In this document: positions 18,554 through 27,371 of the stretch, piece by piece | How the letters are laid out: every line of letters begins with the position of its first letter | Position numbering within the stretch: the stretch's first letter is position 1 | Sequence record: NC_014792.1 | Direction: 5' to 3' (one strand) | Source: Escherichia phage vB_EcoM_VR7 | DNA: 64,000 bases | The notes under the pieces: generated by a model | The model's database searches: none | Seen by the model: only the letters and a program-made list of their open reading frames with translations | Told to the model about the DNA's origin: nothing | Made by a program: the position numbers and the translations under genes

Positions 18554-18790
18554 TCACCAGTATTTGTTAATGGTAGAAATTAATTCTTGGACTTGAGTAT
18601 TTTTCAGTTTACACCCGCAACTTTTTAATGTTTCTTTAAAAAGCTCAACATCTTTAAGCTCGTCCTTTTCCAGGCGGATTCTGTATCCCCTGTAATCAGC
18701 AAATATACTTCTGTCATCAAATATCTTAATTTCAAGAATATGATTGTTGGTTTCATATTCTAATGAAACCATTGTATTTGTAAGTTTCAT
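18554..18790 (-). CDS. Hypothetical protein
   Basis: 78-aa ORF. Confidence 0.4.
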   Translation of the reverse strand: MKLTNTMVSLEYETNNHILEIKIFDDRSIFADYRGYRIRLEKDELKDVELFKETLKSCGCKLKNTQVQELISTINKYW

Positions 18791-18993
18791 TATTCCACCA
18801 CATATGATAATGAGAAAATTGCTGATGAAAGATGAGTAGCATCTTCTTCACACAGTTCAAATGGAGCTTTCTGCAAGAGTTCAACCACTTCTTCATCAGT
18901 GGCACTGTCCATAAAGATTGCATAATCATTAAGATAGATAACAACCTCATCACCAGTATTAACTGCATCAATCTTGATGTTCTTAATTCTCAT
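18790..18993 (-). CDS. Hypothetical protein
   Basis: 67-aa ORF downstream of promoter cassette. Confidence 0.45.
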   Translation of the reverse strand: MRIKNIKIDAVNTGDEVVIYLNDYAIFMDSATDEEVVELLQKAPFELCEEDATHLSSAIFSLSYVVE

Positions 18994-19015
18994 TGTATTC
19001 TCCTCAGTAGTTGAT

Positions 19016-19054
19016 GGGATAATAGTACACCCTTTTGATGAGGATGTAAACCCC
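19016..19054 (-). promoter_or_regulatory. Early promoter-leader cassette
   Basis: Minus sense GGGGTTTACATCCTCATCAAAAGGGTGTACTATTATCCCATCAACTACTG. Confidence 0.45.
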
Positions 19055-19060
19055 TAAATG

Positions 19061-19086
19061 AAAAAAGGTCCACCCGAAGGCAGACC
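19061..19086 (-). terminator. Rho-independent terminator (hairpin + U-run)
   Basis: GGTCTGCC-TTCG-GGTGGACC imperfect hairpin with A6 on plus side, directly after 19094..19477. Confidence 0.5.
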
Positions 19087-19093
19087 TTTTGAA

Positions 19094-19477
19094 TTACTCT
19101 AATGTTAACAGGTACTTGGTTTGAAAGAAAACGCCAACGATATCGTCCAGAGTCGATTGAATAGCCTTTGGTACAACTTTATAGACTCTTTCAGAGCTTT
19201 TAATCATTTCATCTAAAAACAAAATTGTATCTTTCGGCAAGTCCGAGGCGGACGGTAATGCAGCTTTGTATTGTTTCCCACTGTAACCTAACCATTGTTC
19301 ACTGAACTGGTCGAGTGGACCTTGGATTTCTGTGAAGTAGAAATCATAAGCTTTATGGCGGGCATAACTTTTGGTTTCAAGATGGGCAGATTTAAAATAA
19401 GCCAAAGAGACTAATAGCCACCCAATATATGAATCCACCTCAGACCCACGACCTGTTACGAAATCATCGAATTTCAT
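19094..19477 (-). CDS. Hypothetical protein
   Basis: 127-aa ORF. Confidence 0.45.
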   Translation of the reverse strand: MKFDDFVTGRGSEVDSYIGWLLVSLAYFKSAHLETKSYARHKAYDFYFTEIQGPLDQFSEQWLGYSGKQYKAALPSASDLPKDTILFLDEMIKSSERVYKVVPKAIQSTLDDIVGVFFQTKYLLTLE

Positions 19478-19808
19478 CTTCCAATTTTACCTTCATTAAT
19501 TTAGCGTATTCGACTGCAGCAGCCCGGCCATCAATTTGACATGTGATTTCATTTACACATTGACTCTTATTGTTCCATTCAGTTTTAATAAAAGCCCAAA
19601 ATTGTTCGGACTGCTCGACGCTGGGTTCTTTGAATTGCGAATAGATTTGCATCGCACTATCTGCGTACTGGGTAAATTTACCATCTGTAGCAGAGGACAG
19701 ATTTGGGCCTAAACAGCCCATTAGTAATAGACTTAGAGAAAGTCCTCGAATAAGGTCCATAAAGGACTCCTTATTGTTGGTCATGATTACGCTTTGCAGC
19801 CTTAACAT
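19464..19808 (-). CDS. Putative lipoprotein
   Basis: 114 aa; LSLSLLLMGCLG resembles signal peptide with lipobox. Confidence 0.4.
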   Translation of the reverse strand: MLRLQSVIMTNNKESFMDLIRGLSLSLLLMGCLGPNLSSATDGKFTQYADSAMQIYSQFKEPSVEQSEQFWAFIKTEWNNKSQCVNEITCQIDGRAAAVEYAKLMKVKLEDEIR

Positions 19809-19837
19809 AGCGGAATACTAGTTAGTAACTGTATTTA

Positions 19838-20110
19838 TTATCTTTTAAACTTGAAACAATATATTGCAAATAAATCAGAAAAATGTCTATCAACCCATAT
19901 TCTTTGCACTGGACTAGTAACAGTCAGCATATAATGTGCTTTTTGTAAATTTATTCCATTTTTATTCGGGCATTCTTTATTAACAGAATGGTACGTGCTT
20001 GCTACTATTTCAATTTCCCTTTCATATCTCTCGCTATCTGTTTGCGTGGGAATAAATGCAATTCCAGCAATAACAAAAATAGAGATATAAGTCCAAATCT
20101 TATATATCAT
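19838..20110 (-). CDS. Hypothetical membrane-anchored protein
   Basis: 90 aa; N-terminal hydrophobic helix. Confidence 0.4.
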   Translation of the reverse strand: MIYKIWTYISIFVIAGIAFIPTQTDSERYEREIEIVASTYHSVNKECPNKNGINLQKAHYMLTVTSPVQRIWVDRHFSDLFAIYCFKFKR

Positions 20111-20117
20111 AAGGACC

Positions 20118-20690
20118 TCAGCTTGTCAATTCGAGCCAATGTTTCCTGCATAAAGATACGTACGATTCATTCCCACCGACTAACACTTGCTCGCCGTCCT
20201 TTACAGCAGCACCGTCGATTACTCGAGCGGTCATGGTTGCTTTCCGGCCGCAATGGCAGACGCCCTTTAATTCAACCAGTTTATCCGAAATAGCCAGAAG
20301 TCTGGCTGAACCGGGAAATAACTGACCCCGAAAATCTGTTCTTAACCCGTAACACATAACGGGGATATTGTAATTATCAACCACTCGTGCTAACTGGTCA
20401 ATTTGCTCTGGTAACAAAAATTGAGCTTCATCAACCAGGACACAATGGATATCCTTTTGAGACTCGGCCCATTTATAGAATTCAAACAGGTTCATGTCGG
20501 CCGTTACCAGGTTTGCTTCCTGGCTAATACCAATACGTGATTTAATTTCAGATTCCGAGTCCCGATTATCAATAACAGGTTTTAGCAAAAGCACACTCAT
20601 TCCACGCTCTTTATAGGAATAAGCTGCAGTCAGCAATGAAGCTGTTTTGCCTGCATTCATTGCTGCGTAATGATAAATTAAACTCGCCAT
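20118..20690 (-). CDS. tk: Thymidine kinase
   Basis: 190 aa; P-loop MNAGKTASLL, CHCGRKAT zinc motif; matches remembered T4 Tk. Confidence 0.85.
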   Translation of the reverse strand: MASLIYHYAAMNAGKTASLLTAAYSYKERGMSVLLLKPVIDNRDSESEIKSRIGISQEANLVTADMNLFEFYKWAESQKDIHCVLVDEAQFLLPEQIDQLARVVDNYNIPVMCYGLRTDFRGQLFPGSARLLAISDKLVELKGVCHCGRKATMTARVIDGAAVKDGEQVLVGGNESYVSLCRKHWLELTS

Positions 20691-20699
20691 ATCACCTTC

Positions 20700-20903
20700 T
20701 TAAAGAGTATTCACATAAGCAATTAATTCGTTTTCTTTCTCATCAAACTGTTCAGCGATTTTTTCGTAATCTTCGGCGCTCACAGGACCCCATTCATCGT
20801 ATGATTGCATTCCAGAATTCTCTTCTAGAAGCTCATGGATAAGCTCAAACAATTTATCTTTTTGTTCTTTACTTAGGCTCATAACCATTGCACCTTTAAA
20901 CAA
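20700..20903 (-). CDS. Hypothetical protein
   Basis: 67-aa ORF. Confidence 0.4.
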   Translation of the reverse strand: MFKGAMVMSLSKEQKDKLFELIHELLEENSGMQSYDEWGPVSAEDYEKIAEQFDEKENELIAYVNTL

Positions 20904-21097
20904 TATTCATCTACGTGTTGGACACGTTTGTTTTTGTCAATAAAAGTATATTCAACATACTCGCCGATATACCACTTATCTACATTGTGCGGACTTTTTA
21001 TAGGACACTTGGTTGCCCGTGTTTCGGACCAGTGTCGAATAATTGTAGCTTTGTTTTTAGGGTCAAATGGGTGTGGATAATGTGCTTTCATAATCAA
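20879..21097 (-). CDS. Hypothetical protein
   Basis: 72-aa ORF. Confidence 0.4.
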   Translation of the reverse strand: MIMKAHYPHPFDPKNKATIIRHWSETRATKCPIKSPHNVDKWYIGEYVEYTFIDKNKRVQHVDEYCLKVQWL

Positions 21098-21542
21098 CTA
21101 CCATCAAATCAATGTCAGGAGTAAACATATCAATTAACCGGGAAACCTTATCCCAATCACCACCTGCAATACCACATCCAATCCTGGGAATATAAATCAC
21201 AGGCTTGAACAAAAGGGATTCTGCTTGTCGATTTAATTCTATCATACAATTTACTAAAGCGCCATAATCCAGATTTGGACCCGGTTCATACTGGGTATAA
21301 AGGTTATAGCACATACCAAATCCAGTTGGCTTATGTTTAAAAACGATAGACATATCACCGAGTTTTTCTCGGGAACCGTATTCAGTTGATGTTTTATCCA
21401 TTTCTAAAATTTTTGGGTAAGCCTTTGCCAGTTGGCCAGCAACGCCTGACCCCATTGTATGGAAACAATTACAGCCATGAGCTATGATGTTTCCTTCGAG
21501 AAAAAGGGCGACAATATCGCCCTTAATATAGTTAACAATCAT
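21063..21542 (-). CDS. Macro-domain protein (ADP-ribose binding/processing fold)
   Basis: 159 aa; IAHGCNCFHTMGSGVAGQLAKAYP and IPRIGCGIAGGDW resemble the two macro-domain signature segments. Confidence 0.65.
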   Translation of the reverse strand: MIVNYIKGDIVALFLEGNIIAHGCNCFHTMGSGVAGQLAKAYPKILEMDKTSTEYGSREKLGDMSIVFKHKPTGFGMCYNLYTQYEPGPNLDYGALVNCMIELNRQAESLLFKPVIYIPRIGCGIAGGDWDKVSRLIDMFTPDIDLMVVDYESTLSTPI

Positions 21543-21898
21543 TTAGAGTTCAATCCTCTGTTATAGGAATCGACTAACCTGTCAACCATACTGGTGCAGG
21601 CCGCTTTATATTTGGCACTCGACAGAATACAATCCATTTCAAATAGTTTCTTTTCATATTTGTTGGATAAAATACTCTTTTTCATAAGAGTGTGTTCAAC
21701 ATCATTTTGACCGTCTTTATATGCAGCAGTGAGTTTGGCACTGAACTGGATTACACAATCCACATTGCTTGATGCGCAATAATCTTTGGCCGTCCTCGTT
21801 GCATATTCTATGATGCTATTATTATCATCGCTCTGTACTGAAGCTATTCCTCCCGTGCTGAATACTAACCCTATGGCTAAAGTTATGACTCTTACCAT
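21539..21898 (-). CDS. Secreted hypothetical protein
   Basis: 119 aa; N-terminal signal-peptide-like MVRVITLAIGLVFSTGGIASV. Confidence 0.45.
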   Translation of the reverse strand: MVRVITLAIGLVFSTGGIASVQSDDNNSIIEYATRTAKDYCASSNVDCVIQFSAKLTAAYKDGQNDVEHTLMKKSILSNKYEKKLFEMDCILSSAKYKAACTSMVDRLVDSYNRGLNSK

Positions 21899-22441
21899 TT
21901 AATCCACCGTTTTTAATAGGCCTCGTGATTTTAAGTAGTTAGCTTTTTCTAGGACTTGCGAAGCATACGTATTTCCAGCTTTCACATTCCACCCTGCGTT
22001 ATATGATGATAGTGTTTTTCTTATGTCCCCCTTGTGGATGTTTAACCAGTATGAAAGCTCAATATAAGCCCAGCGTGCACTGTTCTCTCTCTTGCTTATC
22101 ATCTTGATTATTTCTTTATCTGTCATTGTCCACCCAACCTGTTTTACGCGCTCGCGCACGGTTGGAAGATAATTTTGGAATATACCATATGCATGATGCT
22201 TATCTTTATTTAATCCTGTATTAACACCAGCAGATGATTCCTGCCAGGTTAAACCAGCCATGATATATCCCAAACCATTATGTTGGTGCGGATTTTCTTT
22301 GTACTTACCATTTTTCTGGAACTGTTCTCCAAACGCATAAGCATATTGGAGGTTCTCCATTTGTTCATTACTGAAAGTAGGCTCTACGCTATGGGCAGAC
22401 ATACTAACTGTCAATAGTAAAGTGGCTATTACTTTTTTCAT
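21899..22441 (-). CDS. Secreted protein, possibly lytic-transglycosylase-like
   Basis: 180 aa; signal peptide MKKVIATLLLTVSMSAHS; TWQESSAG and AYGIFQ resemble SLT-domain motifs (weak). Confidence 0.45.
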   Translation of the reverse strand: MKKVIATLLLTVSMSAHSVEPTFSNEQMENLQYAYAFGEQFQKNGKYKENPHQHNGLGYIMAGLTWQESSAGVNTGLNKDKHHAYGIFQNYLPTVRERVKQVGWTMTDKEIIKMISKRENSARWAYIELSYWLNIHKGDIRKTLSSYNAGWNVKAGNTYASQVLEKANYLKSRGLLKTVD

Positions 22442-22451
22442 GAATTCCCCA

Positions 22452-22910
22452 TTAGATATAAATCACTTTTGTGCTAATTTTTCCTTCCAGACGATTAGAG
22501 TTAACAAACGCCATACGACAACACATGGTTGGAGACTTCCCAGGAAGAGCTGGGTTAACTGTCATTCCTAACCATAAGTTCTTGTCTGTGATTTCCAGAC
22601 GAAGTGGACGGTAGTTCACATTCGGGTCAATTTGTGCTTCAACTTCCGGGAGTGGTTTCATCTCCAGGAATTCAACAATTTCTTTTACATGTGGTGTGAT
22701 TTTTCCAAACAAGTCAAAAACATATTGTTCGTCAATTTCACGTTGGATTGCACGGTCCAACAGGTGTGGACTGTACTTAATGAAGAATGCTTCAAGGCCT
22801 GCTTCTTTACAAGCCTTGTTGATAGCATTATTAATTTTGAGGAACTCCGTTTCAAAAATACGACGAAGTTTATTGCGGCGAATGTAAACACTTGAATCGA
22901 TAGTAGTCAT
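22452..22910 (-). CDS. regB: Endoribonuclease RegB
   Basis: Track ORF trimmed to Met at 22910 (upstream part is translated promoter); MTTIDSSVYIRRNKLRRIFETEF...LLDRAIQREIDEQYVF matches remembered T4 RegB. Confidence 0.8.
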   Translation of the reverse strand: MTTIDSSVYIRRNKLRRIFETEFLKINNAINKACKEAGLEAFFIKYSPHLLDRAIQREIDEQYVFDLFGKITPHVKEIVEFLEMKPLPEVEAQIDPNVNYRPLRLEITDKNLWLGMTVNPALPGKSPTMCCRMAFVNSNRLEGKISTKVIYI

Positions 22911-22933
22911 GATTATCTCCTTTTGTTTGATGG

Positions 22934-22967
22934 GATAATCATAACTCATTTCAACCTGCTTGTACAC
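22934..22967 (-). promoter_or_regulatory. Early promoter-leader cassette upstream of regB
   Basis: Minus sense GTGTACAAGCAGGTTGAAATGAGTTATGATTATCCCATCAAACAAAAGGAG. Confidence 0.5.
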
Positions 22968-23314
22968 TATTCTTTAAAACGAATTAGCTTATTTAATGAC
23001 TGTGAGACTTCAGCACGAACAGCGTGTAAATTCTTAAGCTGTTCAAGGCGTTGCTCGTAGTAAGCAATTTCATCTTCTTCAAGACAGTCGTTTGAATCTT
23101 CTTTAAGATAGTTCCCGTAGTCCTGAAAGGCCTTACGAATAACTTCCTGGAAATCATCTAGACTTTGAATTTTTGGCTGTTTCGATGTGAATCCAAACGG
23201 ATTGGAATCATTTATGCGGCGATGAGAAGCGGTTGATAACTCATAACCAAAACCAGAATTAATCTGCGCCATTAGTATTTTTCCTCGGGTCGAAATACTG
23301 CACGACATGCCCAC
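22967..23314 (-). CDS. Hypothetical protein
   Basis: 115-aa ORF. Confidence 0.4.
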   Translation of the reverse strand: MGMSCSISTRGKILMAQINSGFGYELSTASHRRINDSNPFGFTSKQPKIQSLDDFQEVIRKAFQDYGNYLKEDSNDCLEEDEIAYYEQRLEQLKNLHAVRAEVSQSLNKLIRFKE

Positions 23315-23535
23315 ATGCTGGCTTCTTTTAGATGTTGCTTAGCATACTTAAGAGCCTGCACTGCATCCATATCTTCTTTGGTTTGTTGCTCTGTTTCATT
23401 TTCTTTCAAGATATATGCTTCTTCAATCAGAGCATCAAACATCAATCCAAGACGAACTTCTGCATCTTTAATAGCGTTCACTTTACCGATTTTATCGTCG
23501 GTATGTGGCTTGTAACCTTTGATATCTTCAATCAT
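23272..23535 (-). CDS. Hypothetical protein
   Basis: 87-aa ORF. Confidence 0.4.
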   Translation of the reverse strand: MIEDIKGYKPHTDDKIGKVNAIKDAEVRLGLMFDALIEEAYILKENETEQQTKEDMDAVQALKYAKQHLKEASMWACRAVFRPEEKY

Positions 23536-23765
23536 TTCACTTCCTCGCCAGTTGCGATATCATATTCCACCAAACGAAGGCCGTCGGTCCAACCCTGAAC
23601 GGAGATATAGGTAGTTGGGTAAACCAGTTCTTTACCGTTCCATTGACCGCCGTCCCAGACTTCCAGAAAGTCTTGTTCACCTGGACCATTAAACCATTCA
23701 ACGAATCTTTTCAAGGCTGCATCAGAGCCTTCAATCGTCAGTTTAGACATATTTTTTCCAGTCAC
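23532..23765 (-). CDS. Hypothetical protein
   Basis: 77-aa ORF. Confidence 0.4.
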   Translation of the reverse strand: MTGKNMSKLTIEGSDAALKRFVEWFNGPGEQDFLEVWDGGQWNGKELVYPTTYISVQGWTDGLRLVEYDIATGEEVK

Positions 23766-24039
23766 TAATTAATCGCACATCCTGGTCATACGTCAGGAGG
23801 CTACGAGTTATAATACCCTTACATGGTCCAGAAATAAATTCCAGAGTAAAGTAAGGAACCAACTTCATCAAGCGAATACTCGGAGCAGTGCAACGAAATC
23901 TGGACCCAATAAAAGGTCCAGACAAAAACACATACTCAAAGAAATTTGCTTTATTAAAGATTTCAAAATTCTTTACGAAATCTTCAGACCTAACCTTTGG
24001 AATAAAATAGATTTGGTCAAAAAGCTCTTCATGAGTCAT
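23743..24039 (-). CDS. Hypothetical protein
   Basis: 98-aa ORF. Confidence 0.4.
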   Translation of the reverse strand: MTHEELFDQIYFIPKVRSEDFVKNFEIFNKANFFEYVFLSGPFIGSRFRCTAPSIRLMKLVPYFTLEFISGPCKGIITRSLLTYDQDVRLISDWKKYV

Positions 24040-24566
24040 TATTGCATTCCTATCACAAAGAATAACGGCAAAGGCTTATCACCTTGACACATAAATTTAT
24101 TCATCATTACCTGATAAGCTTCATAGAACTTATCCATTGCAGGGAGGCGAATAGGTTCTTCAATAATGATTAAAAGACGCGTAAAACGCAATCCACGGTA
24201 CTTATGGAAATTATCTTCATCAAGGAAACTGCGTACAGTATCATAGACAACGAATCCAGGTCGTTCAACTTGAAGATGTGGTTGTGCCTTAGAAACCCGT
24301 TTTATTACATCACAGATTTCTCGTGAGCGATGTGAAGAACTTGACATAACAATCACATCATTACCCTTGGAAACCCAATCAGCAGCGAATTGAGCAAGGG
24401 CACTTGTTTTACCCGTTTGACGACCACCATCAAGTCGAAGAGTACCAAACTCTTGCATTCTTGAAGCGGGTTCATACCAGGTGTATTGGTCTGAATCTAA
24501 GCGTTCAATGGCGCGTTCAGCGAAGGCGTGCATTAAGGTTAGATAAATTGGAGTTAAAAATTTCAT
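24039..24566 (-). CDS. Small P-loop (Walker A) protein
   Basis: 175 aa; GGRQTGKTSALAQF. Confidence 0.45.
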   Translation of the reverse strand: MKFLTPIYLTLMHAFAERAIERLDSDQYTWYEPASRMQEFGTLRLDGGRQTGKTSALAQFAADWVSKGNDVIVMSSSSHRSREICDVIKRVSKAQPHLQVERPGFVVYDTVRSFLDEDNFHKYRGLRFTRLLIIIEEPIRLPAMDKFYEAYQVMMNKFMCQGDKPLPLFFVIGMQ

Positions 24567-24727
24567 AGTTGTCTCTTAGTTGTAGGGCCATTCCTTGGCA
24601 CATTAATTCGTCCATGTATCCGAATGTAAACCCCTTACCGCACTCGGGCTCGACCTTATTACAGGTAGGGAAAGGTCCATCACTCAGAGGACACGACGTT
24701 CATGAGGAGAGGGTCGGTTTGCCTTTA

Positions 24728-25027
24728 TTAAAAAGAACCAGAGCCTTTAATTGTGTTCTGGCGACCTTTATTTTCGAATTCAGAATGGTCGATTTCGTAT
24801 GCTTGTGCTACGCCAAAGGCCTTTTTAACTTTAGCTAAAGAACCTTTAGATGTAACAATATTAAAAGTATTGCCTTTGGTAAAATCAACCAAATCCACTT
24901 GCACACCCTGTTTACCGAGGCTTGCTACAATAGCATCAACATATTGTTGGTCTAAATTGCCTTGAACCCCAATTTGAAATGCTTTAGGAACTTTGGCTTC
25001 TGTGATAAATTCTTGATAAGTTAACAT
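24728..25027 (-). CDS. Internal-protein-like (capsid-targeting-sequence-bearing) protein
   Basis: 99 aa; N-terminus MLTYQEFITE matches T4 IP capsid-targeting sequence. Confidence 0.55.
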   Translation of the reverse strand: MLTYQEFITEAKVPKAFQIGVQGNLDQQYVDAIVASLGKQGVQVDLVDFTKGNTFNIVTSKGSLAKVKKAFGVAQAYEIDHSEFENKGRQNTIKGSGSF

Positions 25028-25056
25028 TATACACTATCCCATCATAAAGTAAACAG

Positions 25057-25320
25057 TTAAGCTTTACCGCCAGAAACAATACCAAAGGTCTCAAAGTCCC
25101 ATTCAATATCGTCAACATCAACTTTCTTACCAGCAACCACAAATGCGATTTCGCGGCGTTTTGCATAGGTAACAATTTCTTTGCCATCGCCGCCAAAGAA
25201 AGAATAACCATTGCGCTTCATGGTGCCAAAGTCTTCAGCATCACCAGCGAAGGCACGGACTTTAAAGGAGCCAGCAGGAGCTTTAGCAGATTCAGTAATA
25301 AATTCTTGATAAGTTTTCAT
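25057..25320 (-). CDS. Internal-protein-like (CTS-bearing) protein
   Basis: 87 aa; N-terminus MKTYQEFITES. Confidence 0.6.
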   Translation of the reverse strand: MKTYQEFITESAKAPAGSFKVRAFAGDAEDFGTMKRNGYSFFGGDGKEIVTYAKRREIAFVVAGKKVDVDDIEWDFETFGIVSGGKA

Positions 25321-25333
25321 AATGTCTCTTTAG

Positions 25334-25648
25334 TTAAGCTTTAGGGAAATCGCGCAAAAACGCATCATAAAGTTTATTACCAATGCGACGGAATGCTTTT
25401 GCCGCATGAACGTTATCTGGGTTTGCAATTTTAATCTGCATTACATGACTACCAGCCCATGATTTAGCTTCGTCATAATAACCTTTAATTTCTTTAATAG
25501 TCTTGCGTTTTCCACCAGGACCATCGACAGTAATTTTCCACGAACCAGTGCTTGTTTCACTTGGTGGGGTTAACTGTTCAATCCAGACATAACCACCTTC
25601 AACACGTTGTTGAGTAGATTCAGTAATAAATTCTTGATAAGTTTTCAT
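25334..25648 (-). CDS. Internal-protein-like (CTS-bearing) protein
   Basis: Track ORF trimmed to MKTYQEFITEST start at 25648; upstream codons are translated promoter. Confidence 0.55.
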   Translation of the reverse strand: MKTYQEFITESTQQRVEGGYVWIEQLTPPSETSTGSWKITVDGPGGKRKTIKEIKGYYDEAKSWAGSHVMQIKIANPDNVHAAKAFRRIGNKLYDAFLRDFPKA

Positions 25649-25678
25649 TTTATATTCCATTGTTTGGTTGATAAAATC

Positions 25679-25705
25679 ATTATACAACCTTTTTAGTTAA
25701 GCGTA
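25679..25705 (-). promoter_or_regulatory. Middle-type promoter (CGCTTAA, 12 nt, TATAAT)
   Basis: Minus sense TACGCTTAACTAAAAAGGTTGTATAAT. Confidence 0.45.
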
Positions 25706-26113
25706 CACAGCTTTCCCATAGTATTTGTACCAGGTAGGCTTTTGAGAAATTTTCTCATTCAGTCTGGATTGACTGATTTCAATTGACCAGATTGATGGTT
25801 GATAATCATTCTTCCATTCATCAGGAATATCATTTAAATCTTGGGTAGAAATATCTTTTATATTAAACCCTCGCTTTAAACATTCAGCAATAAGTTCTTG
25901 ATGACGGTTTTTAAGGAACAAAAGCTTATCATAAAAGAAGGTGACATGACCAGTCCCTAAAAGAAAAGATGATGGGATTTTAAAGTCAGACACCTTTTTA
26001 CCATTTTGCACATGCTTACGAACAGCACCAAACACGCGAGGAAGCTCACGGTATTCAGCCATAAGGTGTTGGTCAGCAAGTTCAGATACCAGGGTTAAAT
26101 TAATGCGAGTCAT
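25697..26113 (-). CDS. denV: Endonuclease V (pyrimidine-dimer DNA glycosylase) DenV
   Basis: 138 aa; [34 protein letters not shown]...[13 protein letters not shown] matches remembered T4 DenV. Confidence 0.95.
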   Translation of the reverse strand: MTRINLTLVSELADQHLMAEYRELPRVFGAVRKHVQNGKKVSDFKIPSSFLLGTGHVTFFYDKLLFLKNRHQELIAECLKRGFNIKDISTQDLNDIPDEWKNDYQPSIWSIEISQSRLNEKISQKPTWYKYYGKAVYA

Positions 26114-26139
26114 GTTTGTTCTCCGTAGTTGATAGGGTC

Positions 26140-26169
26140 ATTATAACCCTATCGTTTGGAGATGTAAAC
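26140..26169 (-). promoter_or_regulatory. Early promoter (GTTTACA, 17 nt, TATAAT) upstream of denV
   Basis: Minus sense GTTTACATCTCCAAACGATAGGGTTATAATGACCC. Confidence 0.5.
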
Positions 26170-26657
26170 TAATAAGCGTCAAAAGTTCCAGTACGGAAAG
26201 TTTCAATAACTCGTTTGGCCCGGTTTGGAGTCTGGACTTTATACCATCTTGAGTCCGCCAGTTCCTTAGCAGCAGCTTCCCACGATTTGGCCTTGAGCAA
26301 TCGCAGCCCCTTAGGAAAACCAGCAACACCAGCAACACCCATTTGGAATACCATATTAATGAGTGCGCAACGACGAACTTCATCCAGTACATCATAAACA
26401 GGTTTTAAGACAGGATGTTTCAAGATTCCGGCTTTAGCTTTTTCGACCGAACGATTAAACAATGTTTCGGCTTCGTGCTGGGTTATACGGCCATTACAGA
26501 CGCGACCCATGAGCTTGTCGAGCTCGGCACGAGCAACATCTTTCGATGGGTTCTTAGTTATCAGTTGCCCGATACCGATGGTCCAATAACCTTCGGTATC
26601 TTTATACAAATCCAACTTACAACCTTCATCTATGCGTAACATTTCGAATATATTCAT
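26169..26657 (-). CDS. e: Lysozyme (endolysin) e
   Basis: 162 aa; [12 protein letters not shown]...[14 protein letters not shown]...[25 protein letters not shown] matches T4 lysozyme. Confidence 0.95.
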   Translation of the reverse strand: MNIFEMLRIDEGCKLDLYKDTEGYWTIGIGQLITKNPSKDVARAELDKLMGRVCNGRITQHEAETLFNRSVEKAKAGILKHPVLKPVYDVLDEVRRCALINMVFQMGVAGVAGFPKGLRLLKAKSWEAAAKELADSRWYKVQTPNRAKRVIETFRTGTFDAY

Positions 26658-26683
26658 AATACCCCCTTATATAGGGGTATTTA

Positions 26684-27145
26684 TTATCCGAAAATTTGAG
26701 TCAAAACCTTGTACATCGATTTACCCATTACGTATTGCCATTGACTCGGTTTAATCAGAGCAAATGCATCAAACTCTGGGACCGAACTACCATCCGGGAA
26801 GGTATGATATGCGGAGCATTTACTATGTCTGAATTGCTCATGCTCGACCGGGACCGTGTACAAAAACAGGTGAAGGTTTTTGTTATCTGAATAACGGAAC
26901 TCGCCTAGGTCTTTTAAGAATGCCGGGTCATACTGGGTAAAGCCTGTTTCTTCTTCGCATTCACGTATAGCCGCTTCAATCGGGGATTCACCGGCTTCAA
27001 CATGACCCTTAGGGATATCCCATTTATGTGCAGGCATACCCGGTTTGCGAGAACCAGTCACACGACCCATGAATAACTCTTTATCTTCAGTCATGAAAAT
27101 AATGCCGGCAGATAATTCTTTCACCACGTTTTTCTTACTCATCAT
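26684..27145 (-). CDS. nudE: Nudix hydrolase NudE (e.1)
   Basis: Track ORF 26684..27364 trimmed to Met at 27145; Nudix box GHVEAGESPIEAAIRECEEETG. Confidence 0.75.
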   Translation of the reverse strand: MMSKKNVVKELSAGIIFMTEDKELFMGRVTGSRKPGMPAHKWDIPKGHVEAGESPIEAAIRECEEETGFTQYDPAFLKDLGEFRYSDNKNLHLFLYTVPVEHEQFRHSKCSAYHTFPDGSSVPEFDAFALIKPSQWQYVMGKSMYKVLTQIFG

Positions 27146-27371
27146 CACGTTCCCAAGATTTTTTAAAGATTTCAGCCATAATAATTTCAATGCGTGTTTC
27201 TGTTGAAGGCGATTCACTACTAGAAGTTTGAACTCTGTATTCAGAAATTGGGCGGAACAAGTCCAGGTCAATTTCCAAATCATCTTTGATTTCAACTTCG
27301 GGTGTACCTTTATCATAGGAATACAGGTAAGAATCACATGACTCTGATTTAATATAAATTGCAATACTCAT
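27135..27371 (-). CDS. Hypothetical protein
   Basis: 78-aa ORF, other frame than the nudE run-on. Confidence 0.35.
   Translation of the reverse strand: MSIAIYIKSESCDSYLYSYDKGTPEVEIKDDLEIDLDLFRPISEYRVQTSSSESPSTETRIEIIMAEIFKKSWERDDE

Noticed and set aside
22911-22967. N-terminal extensions of regB and of ORFs at 14700, 25334, 33136 and 37106
   Set aside because: The extra codons are translations of the conserved promoter/leader cassette; true starts follow the GGAG RBS.
26684-27364. 226-aa run-on ORF as the nudE product
   Set aside because: The first 73 codons have no Nudix-related content and overlap another frame's ORF; the Nudix domain starts at the internal Met (27145).
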